NCBI GenBank assembly: GCA_000934665.2
Contig: KZ538673.1
Coordinates: 1-54,825 of the forward strand
DNA: 54,825 nucleotides
Direction: 5' to 3'
Source of the DNA: Catajapyx aquilonaris
Lineage: Eukaryota
This document shows positions 37,901 to 49,900 of the stretch, in pieces (position 1 is the first letter of the stretch; every line of letters starts with the position of its first letter). Below the pieces are notes generated by a model, which had not been told where the DNA came from, did no database searches, and saw only the letters and a program-made list of their open reading frames with translations. A program made the position numbers and the translations under genes.

Positions 37901-40900
37901 GCAAGGCAAAAAGGGCATAATTCCCTTCTTGGCTAACCGAATGAGACGAATTGGCACACTGAACACTGACATTGAACCACCGACAAACATACGCAAAGAT
38001 TGTAACACAATTCACACCACCACACACTTTGCACGTATATGAAGACATGTACCCTAACCCTTGCATGTACCACAACACAACACATACTGTCACATAGGAT
38101 AGGATGTTGTTGTTGATGATGATGATGATGATGACGATGACGATGACGATGATGATCATTATTATTATAACACCAACAACAACAATAATAATTATCATCA
38201 TCATTATTATTATTATTATTAGATCCTATGTGACAGTAATGTGTTATGTTGTGGTACATGCAAGGGTTAGGGTACATGTCTTCATATACGTACAAAGTGT
38301 GTGGTGGTGTGAATTGTGTTACAATCTTTGCGTATGTTTGTCGGTGGTTCAATGTGAGTGTTCAGTGTGCCAATTTGTGTCATTCGGTTAGCCAAGAAGG
38401 GAATTGTGCCCTTTTTGCCTTGCCTAAGAAGTTTCGCCCGTGGGCCGGCCCCAGGGCGAAAATGTGTGATTCGGGACATTTGACGTTGTCTTGGATGTCT
38501 GGGTTACAGGTCTGCCAATTCTCAAATTTTTAGCTCACTTAGAAGTGTGTGAAAATAATTACGTAAAGTACAGTACATGACATTTCATGGAAAGCCCTAT
38601 CCCAGTTTGGATTTATCCTCACCGTGACGTCACGCCAAAAGCCACGGTCACATGACAAGAGCAAATCTATCGGGACGGCTCCCTCCTGATTTTCACTGGC
38701 CAGCACCACTGAACATACATCAATTGAATTAGATGGCAGTTTTAGGGCACAGAATGACTCAAAAAATTTGGTGCAATCTACTGTTGTAAAAATTTAAATT
38801 CATATTACATACCATCCTCGCTCAAGCAAGTTCGCTCGTTTCTTCACCCAAAATACTTTTGTTGGAGTCAACTTCTTTTCTGACCTCTGCAATGCATCAT
38901 CTGGTGCTTGTTCAAGATGCTCTTCTGTTTCAACAAGTACTGCATGTGCTTTTAGATAACTGGAACAAAAATGTGAGATTAATTTAAAAAAATTTATTCC
39001 CATGGATCACTAAGGGACATTCACAGAGTGCAAAAGTTTACTGATGAGATCGTGTTCAAATAATGATCAGATCATGCTGTAGTTTTCAGTTGTTCACATG
39101 GCACAGGCTCTCAGGGCCCCAAGAGAAGCTAGATGAGATCTGGCAAAATTAAGGCAAAAACGGTATCGTAAGTTTCCCAATTCACCGCAAACATAGAGGT
39201 ATGTGTTTAATTTTGGAAGGTCAAAATGCAGTATCAGCTCTGGACCACTCCTGCTCCATTGTGATGGTGTTAATTTTGGCAGGTACAAAACATGTGCTGA
39301 TATTGCAAGGGCACACTCCAGTGTTTTCTCACACCCCACCCTCATTCTGTTGTGCAGACAGCACTGATAAAACTCTCTGATGGACACTGCCACCCCAGTG
39401 CAACTATTTTTTTCATATGGGTTTCCCTGTCAGATTCCTGCTTCCTTAGAGCTGCATATCAGTAGTTTGGTGGGTTGCCGCTTCGCTTTAGTTTCGGCGC
39501 TGGAGTCATCCCTTCAGTTACTTCAACTACAAGGCCACACAAGGCGGTACACAGCGAACCTGGAGGTGGACCACATGACAATGTATCTACCATATTAATT
39601 TAACACTCCTAGCATGTGTTTAACAGTGACATTGGGCCATCGGAAATGTGCCATTTTTGCACAATAATGCGAATTTTTTAGAATTTTTATTTTACGTTCT
39701 AGGTTAAAACTGTTGCCACCACAATATTCCTCATTTCATTCCGGTTCATTTGATATATATGATCATGGGGTTACAACAAGAACTCTACCTGAAATAAATT
39801 GTCAGTCTGGCTGCATTGTTGCCGAAAGACGTTGCCATATCTCCGTGGGATTTTCACCTGGGTGGCTCAAATTCCGTTTTTAGCAACAGCACATGGGTGT
39901 GTACACACATGATTTTTTATATCAAATTCTGAGATGGTAGAGCCACCAACTTGTCTGTATTGGAATGACCCAGTTGTTACATTTTAATTTTTTGGGCAGG
40001 TTCTTCTGCTGCTGCTAAAGAACTGGCAGTAGTCACGGGGGCTTCAGGATAGTCCCAGCTAACGATACAAGTTCAAACCTGCTCAATATTACTTCAGATT
40101 TTTAAGATACAGGTGTTTGAATTTTGACGCAGGAAATAATGGCTGCACCTCCACGTTCCGAAGACTATTAGTAACTTAATTAATTCTCGAATGTTATTAG
40201 CATTATGAGTTATTTTTTGTTTGTAATACTTAGAAAGCTTATGAATGATGATGTTGATGTGGAAATATAGGCATATTTTTTACTTTCCTTGTCTGAGGGT
40301 GGCCCCTATGAGGGACACTCGGCAAATGCACCACATGTGGACCGGCAAGTCAAGTACAAGTACTCTAGGCTACTGTATGTGTGCGGATTGTGTGTGTTTT
40401 GTCGAACTGAATTTTTATGAATCCCTATTTTTACCCGGCAACATGGGGTACTATGGCAACCATTGTAGCTCTGGGAACCCATTGCCCTGTAAGTCAAACA
40501 TACATGCGTACAAACTCTGTCTTTTGGATACAGTGAGACCTGTGCATGGCGGAATAGCACGGTGCCTTTAAAAAATCGTAATTGACAAGTTTCCGCTGAA
40601 AATTACGATTTTCCTAGTCATCAACACCAAACGGGAAAGAGTGGAAGTGAACGCTGCAAAGCATTGTGGGCAGAGATGGCAGAGAGTGGGGGAGAAGAAA
40701 AAAAAGTGGTGCTGTTGTTGCGGATCACGCGCGAACCATTTAACGATGTCGGATATAATATATAGTATGGTATAACAGCCGTTTCCACTATATTCGACAC
40801 GGTATTTATGTCCTACGCATACGCCTGTTCCCGGAAAAATTCTGCAGTGGACAAGTTTTTGTAACACTCAGGGTACGTTATGGACAGGTTTCACTACATA

Positions 40901-43900
40901 TTTATCTAGAGTGAATCCTGTCCCCATAACGGACCCTGAACATAACAGAAACGTGCCTATTGCGGAATTTTTCCGGGAACGGGCGTATGGAAAATACACG
41001 ACTTCCGCGTCGAATATAGCAGAAACTTGCTCATTGCGGAACATTTTATCATCCCGTGCATTTCCGCCATGAGCAGATTTCACTGAATATAGCTAGATGG
41101 GACGTAAAACCTGTCCATAACGGACCCTGTGTATAACGGAAACTTCCTATTGCGGCTTTTTCTGGTAACTGGCGTATGGAAAGGACACGATTTCCGCGTC
41201 GAATATAGCGGAAATTGTGTAATTTTCATACACCAGTTACCAGAAAAATTCTGCAATAGGCAAGTTTCCATTATATACAGGGCCCGTTCTGGACAGGAAT
41301 CACTGTATATTTATATATAGCGAAACCTGTACATATCTGAATAGCATGTTACTCTAAAATTCCGCAATGAACAAGTTTCCATTATACCCTCCTGAGACCC
41401 GAGAAGCCATTTGTGCAATTATTTAGTAATACTTTGAAAGAACCTTCTGTAGTGGTGTAGAAGCCATTTTCAGAATTTCACATTTTTGTTGCAATCACTT
41501 ATTGCAAAATTAGATGTCCAATATGTAGGACATTGGGTCTTAGCTATATAACATTCATTCTCGGTATTTTTCAATGAATTTAAAAAAAAAACACTTTTAT
41601 CTTTATTTCAATACAGCAGCCTAAATCTTACGTTTTCCTTGTACAGTATAGCCATACTAGAGGTTACATTTGCCGAGTGTCCCCTATAGGGGACGGCCCT
41701 TTTCTTACAATCTAGCATTCCATAATTTTTTAAATCATTTTTGTTGTGTTTTGGGGACTATTATGAACTAATAAAAACAAACAAAAACCACAATTTAAAC
41801 AAAAAATCTTTCAGGCATATCTGGGTTAAAAAACGGTAACACATGCAGAGATGACCTTGCTGAGTTTTGAAACGCCGGTGATTGCAATTTGATCTGGCAT
41901 ATAGATGTCGCCCATATCGTGGGGGAGGTGGGGAACCAAAGGGGGGTCATGACCCCTCCCCACCGCACCATCGCCCTAAGACGGCCCGAGCCTGACCCGC
42001 TTGGAGCTGTTGGACACTGCATGCGGGACACTCGGTGATGGACAACACAGGAGCTTGCTTTCGAGTGTGGGACAAGTCAGAACACTATGATCTGAGTCAC
42101 GTGTCATCCATCGCCACAAACAGTTTTAAACGACCATCGCCTTCAATGCGATAGAGTTCCAAGCGAGGACAAAATGGTGGCACTTTTGCACCTCAAAGAG
42201 ATGGCAAGGAACCAGTGAGGATGCCAACTTCCTGAGACCTTTTAGTCTTTCAGAGTCCTAAGCATACCACACTCGAAATCAAGCTCCCGTGTTGTCCATT
42301 GCCGAGTGTCCAGCATGCAACGTCCAACAGTTCCAAGAGCATCCGCTCAGGCCATTTTAGGGAGATGGTGGGGTGGGGAGGTCACATTCCCCATTTGTCG
42401 TTGTCATTGCCGCCCCCCNNCCCCCCCCCCCCCCCAAAAAAAAACGACATCTATATGCCAGATCAAATTGCAATTGCTGGATGTTCAAAACTCAGCAAAG
42501 GTCGTCTCTGTATGTGTTACAGTTTTTGAATTTAAAAATATGCACCACGCCTTATGAACCAACCCACGTATTGTACTCGTACATTACTTAATCGTTTTTG
42601 TTGTATTTCATTCAGGTTGCGCCTCAGATTATCCGCCTATTTCTATCATCCGACGATACCCCAGTCCCATGGATGATGGATAATCGTGGTTTTACTGTAC
42701 AAACCAAGCAGGTAGCAACAGAATTCGATAATCCATGTCATCTTGGTGTGTTTACTTGACATCTGCTTAGGCAAGCGTGAAATCACAGTCATGATAGGAA
42801 TAACTTGTGGGAGTTGATGCAACATAGTGAACTTAGAAAATATGTTCAGATCATGATCTATTTGTGTGAATAGGCTGGATCATGATTGATTCATGATAAA
42901 CATGATCTGATCACAAACCTTGCATGCAGCATGAATGGCCCTTAAGACATCCAGCTGCCAGGTGATTCATTTATGCCCTTGCTTACCTGACAGGAAATTG
43001 CTTTCCATTAATGACTGCTTTCTCATTGCACAAGTAGCTGGAAGCCATCTTGTGATGCTTTTCACTCACACCAGCAAGAACCAAGTTCCGCAAATTTCGT
43101 AGCAGTGCCATATATGGCACCTTCTTATTTTCTGCAAGGAAAAGAATGTAATAATTGCCATATCACTCACGAATAAGTTGTACTCTTTTCAACTGACATC
43201 AATTGTAATATTCCGTTATTTCTCTTGTCTGACTTATCAAACAGGAATTTCAGTTTAAACTGTGCAGGTAGTCAAAAATGTTAAAACTTATTATTTTTTA
43301 ACATGTTATCGTGGGGGTACATTAGACTTTTAGTAATGGCCAAGGGAAGAGTTTGAGAACCGTTGGTCTAGAGGTTAACCAAACGGACTTCTACCGTTGA
43401 GATCCTGCATGCAATTCTTGGGTCAGACCAGCCCCTCCCCCCGTAACTCCCCCTCTAGCCTTATAGGGTCGGCCATGCTCATAACAAGTCCTCTGCCACC
43501 AAGGATTTGGCATTGCAGTCGAGCACTGTACCAAATCGCATTTGGGCGGACGACTCTGAACTGTTCTGAACCTACATAAACCGTCAATTCACAGTCAGCC
43601 CCCGTCCACAGATCAGACAACCAGCTGCCGGAATGCGATTTGGAACGGTGCATATCACATTTGGGTGGCTGCTGCGCTAATCGGCAAACAATCTGCAAAC
43701 GGGGGCTGAATGTGAATTGATGGTTTAGGTAGGTTCAAAACGGTTCAGAAGTCGTCCGCCCAAATGCGATTTGGTACACTGTGCCACATCAGGGGATGCG
43801 GGGACTTGTTAAGCTCATGCAAAAGGAGAGGGAGTTGCGGGGGACCTGAGTCAGGCAGAGGATTTTCTCATGTGAAAAGAGTTTCAATGGATTTTATGTT

Positions 43901-46900
43901 CATGTGAATATTCACAGGGTTCTCCAATTTCCTCTCACAATCAAAATCCCCCACCTTGCAGTCGATGAATAAATCTGACAAAAAAAAAATGCTAAAAGGA
44001 TCTTGCAGCCCTACCACAGGGTTTCCAATAAATTAAATAATTAATGAATTCAATACATTACCAAGTAGCCACTGCCAAGTCTCTGGCTTGTTTCCTTTCA
44101 ATGAAAGATGAGTTTCCCAAGTGTCAGGAGTAGGCAACTTCATACGTCTATCTATCATGTCCGAGTTGAATTCACCAGGAAGTTTGGAAACCCTGAATTC
44201 CTCAATTGTCTTGGGATACCTAAAGTAACAAACCATGTTAATGATGCTAAATACAAGACAAAAAAAGAGAGCAGGACCCGTATACTGGCCGAGGCCTTCC
44301 ACACTCTCGCTCGAGAACGCGGAGCTGATGACGTCAAAATGACGTAGGCTGGGCAGGGGGAGCCGAGCAAGCAAGGTCAGGCAACACAGCCTACATCATT
44401 TTGACGTCAACAGCTCCGCTCTCTCGAGCGAGAGGGAGGAAGGCCTCGGCCAGTATAACCCCCAGGACCAAAATATAAACTTCAACAATCACAAAGAATA
44501 TCATGTTGCTGTAACAGTTTGTAACAGTTCATATAAATATTTAACACTGTTCTTTTAGGCATACTGCACGTCTTTGACAAGTTGATCTCTATTAATGGGA
44601 CAAAAAATCTTGCTTCTGGTGCTACAATCTGTTTTTCTCACAACTAAAAGTAACCCTAAGGTGAGAGGTCATTTCCTCTTGTGCCATAATTCTTAATGGT
44701 GATCAATATCAGAAGTCCCACTGCACTCCAGCTGTTATACTTGCCTCAACATGTCACAATAATCTTAAACAGAGTGACACTCACTTCTTCCCTAACAGGC
44801 AGAGAACATGATAAACTGGTTCTGCAATGTGCAGTGTAGAAATTAAGATCTTCAGTGTGACTCGTTGCACTGCAGTTACTGATTCTACCCCATCTTCAAC
44901 TGGAGCAATATCATCACTGGTTGGTACAGTCTCATTGCCCTCCTCCTCAGGCACATTTGGCAGAGATGACTTTTTTATTTCTTCCTTCTAAACAAAGATA
45001 TATTAATTAGTTGTGGTTCATGTAATTATTGCACAATTACATACCCTTTTCTTTTTGCATGACTTCTTTTGAGAACTTCTATTGTATTTTCCAAGCTGAT
45101 ACGTGTCAAAATCAGCAAATTTCTTCACCATCACCTTCCGAAGTGCAGCAGGCAATTTTTGAGCATACAAGTTCTGGAAAAAGGGTCTGAGTTATTTTCA
45201 TAGTCACCGTCATATTAATTATGTGCATCGTATATATTTCATTCAGAGCTACGCTAAATACAATGATCTGGAAATTAGCATCTGTGGCCCCCAGTGGCTC
45301 CCAGTGCAAGGAGAACCTTTATCCTGCATTATTCAAAACTGAGCAGGGTACTCATGCTTCAAGCGGTACACATTTTGGCAGTCACAACCTTCGCAAATGA
45401 TTTTCTTCTTGAGTAGGAAGAAACTAACCAAGGCAAAATGTGAACACAAGGAAGTCCACATTTCTGCCATTCAACAGCATACATGTGGCATTTTGCCGAG
45501 TGAAAAATCTTGCCAATGGTCATCAGCCTCATTATGGCATTTACTTTCAAATTATGGAAAACTCTAGCTATCACATCATGCCTGTCACAAAATTTTGACT
45601 GAAGCTATTTCTATTCTATTTCAGATTGCATCTAAATGTTATAGAGAGATCAGGGTGGCCATAATTTCAGACATTGGTCATGGCATCTTGGGTCCTTTCA
45701 TGCATGTAGCTGCATTTTCTGCATGGCCATAGGTGTTCAGGGCATCTCTCATATATGTAATTCTATAGGGCACACTGAGTTTGGTTTGCTTGTAGCAGAT
45801 AAAATTCAAGCATTCCATCTCGATTTTAGTACACACGTCCGCCCAGAATTGATTTAAGAGCAGCCAGAAGTAATGCAAGTGGATGTACAGGGCACCCATT
45901 TCCAAGTGTTACGTGAGGAGGATCGAGGAAATGGTTGGGTGTACAACTGTACATCCTCCAATGGCTCCCGGTCCCGCCTCAGCCTCTGCCCCTCAGGGTA
46001 TGATCAGCATGATGTGTTGCAATTGGCTGAGAAAATGCAATATCTTTCTGCCCATGAAATGTCCTTGACAAATGAAACATTTTGTTCATGATATGGAAAG
46101 GGCTAAGAAAGAGTGATAAGTTATTTGCATAAACAGAAGATATAAAATAAGGGTATAAAATAAATTCCTACTGAAATTGATATTTTCATGAGACCATCCC
46201 CAACAGCAACTCACCTGATAGATATCAGCAATGTCCATCCAATCACTAGGTAAGCAAACAATGCATTGGTAATATTTCTTCAAATATGCCCGGCATGGAG
46301 GCTTCTCTGAAGCATATGCTACTAAAAAATTGGCAGAAGTTCTGATGTGTAGTTCACGCCGTGCATACAATGCAACCTAAAATGAATTAAGTAACATTAT
46401 GCTATTCATTTTGAATCTCCACAAATACAAACCTTTAATATAAACTCCGCATCAAATGCTACCAGTTCATCCAGAAGCCTGAGAAACTCGCTTCTCTTTG
46501 CAACATGTTTTTTATGAAGTTGTTTAGCAAAAACTCCTACATTGACAAGTGAAGTTGTAATGAAGTTGACCACCTTTCTCTGAAATGATGATTCATTAGT
46601 AGTTTTAGTTAAAATACTCTTCACCATTTCCCGTAATTACAAGGGGAATGTATTCCACTAATACCCACTTGATAATTTTTGAAAATAATTTAAACTGATA
46701 CAGTAAAAGCGACAGCCAGGAAAGTTCTGGATCTAAAGTGAGGTCTAAATTACATGCTACACCACAAATTGTCATTAACCTTCCTAGTGGAACACTCGGA
46801 TAGTCTACAACACTTTCGTATAGGTGTGAAGATTTTACATCACACACAGGACTGTATTTATACTTTTGCTGTGGGTAGGCAGTCGTTGGTCATTTGCCGT

Positions 46901-49900
46901 CCCTCCCTCCCCCGCCCATTCCTTCTGTAAAGTTAATACACAGATTCAGGCCCAGCCCTTGGGGAGGGGGAGGGAGGCACTGAGCAGGGCCCTCTTGGGT
47001 TTGTAAAATGTGTACCTTTTTAGAGGTACGATTGTTATGAAATTAAACTGCATTTTCAACGTTAATTAACAAAAACCTAAAAAATAAATTAGGAGTTTCC
47101 AATTGCTAAAGCGATGTGGGGCACCTATAAGTTCAATATTATTATTATCAGCAAATGACAGCAAGTTGATTTAAAGTGGCTCGGGAGCTCTGTGGAAAAG
47201 GTGTAAGCTTCTGCATAATGTGAAATTGTCACATGTGCAATGGCTGGTCCCCTCCGAGTCAAAGAAGCAGCTCTCCCTCCACCTCCCCTCCCTTCAAGGG
47301 CCACATGAAGGCCTCTCTGGGCCCCGAAATTTGGAGCCGAGGCTGTTTGTATTGCTGATTTTCGCTGACGCAACCTCCGAATCTGCCTGCCCCTACTAGA
47401 CTGTCAATTTTTAAATTGTCCCCTGCGTTTGACCACTGATATCTCCTGAATGAAAAATCCAAAATATTCATGCAGTGTCATTGGAGGCCTTATTTAATTA
47501 TGTGTGGCACTATAAGAATGGCTACATTTGCTCTAATTCGCTACCTTTTACAGGAGAGAAAACAGAAACAGGTCAATTTTTTATGGCTCTGCGAGATGAA
47601 GCCTATTTGAGGATTTTTGGGGAAGTAGGCCCACTGTAGTAAGTGTTCAGCCAAACAACATTGCATTATAAACCGTCTATGGTTCCAACAGTTTACAAGT
47701 TAAGAGTTTTAATTTACAGTACATTAATTCGACCATCTTCTTCACTCTTGCCTCCTTTCCTCTCTTTTCTCCTTTTCATTCCTTCTTTTTCCACCTCAAA
47801 TAGATGAGATAACTGGGCTTTGCTTCAGTCTTAATTACAATTAAGCAATAATAAATAACAGGATTGTAAAGCCGTGTAGGACGCCGGGATAATGTTGGAA
47901 CCATTGATAGTCAAAAAGGCCCCTTTTTGATTGACCCTTTACTTACTATTAAAATTCATAACTAGGATTCATAGCGCAAGGTCATAGAAAATTGACATTT
48001 TTCTTTCTCCCATTTCCGCGCAATTCAAGCAAATGTAAAGAACTCATATACAAAAAATTCGGTGGGGCGCCACACCGGGGCCCTTAAATTTTGTGGGCCC
48101 TGGGCACCTGCCCCACGTGCCCCTTCGGTAATTCTCCCCTCCCCTCTGACGGCGCTGCTGGTTGGAGGTGGCCCGCTACTGACTTTTGCTCCGGGCCCTG
48201 AGACTCGTATGCACCTGCGCAGCGCAGAATGAGCGTACAGGTTTTACGTAGCATGATTAAAGGACCGTACAAACTTCTGTGGCAGGGAAAATGACCCTGC
48301 CACAATATTTTCCACAGTAACAGTTTCGCCTCCAAATTTGCCGCCCCTAAAAATTTGCAGCCATTGCCTACTTTGCCCAATTGGGAAATACAGCCTGATC
48401 ACACATAATTTGAAACAAAAGCAACAATCTCTCAGGAGCATTTAACTTCGCGAATTGCATAAATGTGGTCCTGATTGTTATTTTGTTTAAATGAAGGGTT
48501 CCATTCTTTGGCAAAAGTTAGCCCCCAAAAATTAGGATAAAAACCACTGGTTACAAATATGCTGTCAGTTTTGGTAACATATGTAACAAATGTGTTAAAT
48601 TTTAAGTCACGGATGATTTTTCTAAAAGTCATCATCAATTCCATTGCAAGGACAGGCTTTGCAGGACTCACAGCACAGACAGGATGGCCACAGGCGAAGG
48701 CACGTGGAAAGGGACCAAAGTCATCAGATTTCTGGCATGAGCAGACCATGCCCAGGGTGCTGAGGATCTTGGGAAGGAAGGTGTGGACGAGAGTGAAGGG
48801 ACGAGTGGGAGAGAATAGTGAGCAACCTGACCATTTGACGAAGTGCCCACCTGGCACCCATGGAGTACTATCATGTCAATTTCAGCCATGCTAAGGCAGT
48901 AGTGTTGCAGGAAATCGGGAGGTCCTGGGTTCGAACCCCGGAGGCCGGCGATCCTGACCTTGGTTTTCTGTGGTTTTCCAAGGTCGCTCCAGGAATAATT
49001 TCCGGGATCGTACCGTAATATAGGCCACAGCCGCTTCCCTCCTTTCCCTGTCCTGGAGGAGATGCGGGTCAGTCGGGGGTTTCTGACCCGCATCTAGGGG
49101 GCCATCTATGGCGAACGGACCCCCTGAGGGACTGCACACGACCCCCAACTTGAGACATTGCACATGCACCAGTGTCCCTCCCTCCTATCCCTACCCTGTC
49201 CCTGCACCAGCTATACTGTACAATAATAATAACAAAAATAAAGGAACGTGTGATATACCCCCAGTTGGGGGTGAAAGCACTACCCCAGTTATTATATTAT
49301 ATATTTTTAGTGTTGCAGGATATTGTCTGGTAGGGGCAGCTGGATGCAATGAATAATTTTAAAATCTCTCCGCAGGTCTTGCACTCCTCTGGTTACAGGG
49401 AGTCCCAACAATGTTGCAAATAACTCAAGGACTGTACCTTACACAACTGTCACTTGCCAAACAGATTACAACCCTAACCACCCCAACCCAATGACATTTT
49501 GTAAATGTGTCATTAAATTCAAAAACTGATAGTAAAGTTGGAATCAGTAATTTTTCCATTCTTTTTGGTTTCCAACATGCCAAAGGACAGAACCCTTCCC
49601 TTAAATAGGTTGGAGTAAATAACACTGCAACAAAAGGATTCCACCAAGATAAGAAATCTGTGGGATGCCTCTTATGCTGTATCATGTTTTTAGTACATGA
49701 GATGTGTGACAAGAACAAATAGAGACATGAAAGATAGAATTACAACTTAATGTTCATTTACCTTAATGATAATCTGGGATAAATATATGTCATCTCTTTC
49801 TGTTAGGTGGCCCAGAGTCACTCTGTCAAACTTAAATTTTGGTTCTGGAGGTGTCAAGTGGCATTCAGTATTGCCACAGGAAACATCTTGAAAGACACCA

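Larger units (their letters stand above)
39014..42941. mobile_element. Old Harbinger-like element ends bracketing nested insertions
   Basis: TAA-GGGACATTCA..AGTTTACTGATGAGATCGTGTT on the left; reverse complement of the right end reads TAA-GGGCCATTCA..GGTTTGTGATCAGATCATGTT. Confidence 0.5.

Noticed and set aside
48668..48850. Possible extra TEP1 exon in intron 1 (also ORF 46605-46847)
   Set aside because: Exon 1 already joins exon 2 in frame with TEP1-like continuity; weak acceptors and no similarity.
49470..49490. ACCCTAACC as a telomeric repeat near TEP1
   Set aside because: Single occurrence, no tandem array; expected by chance.
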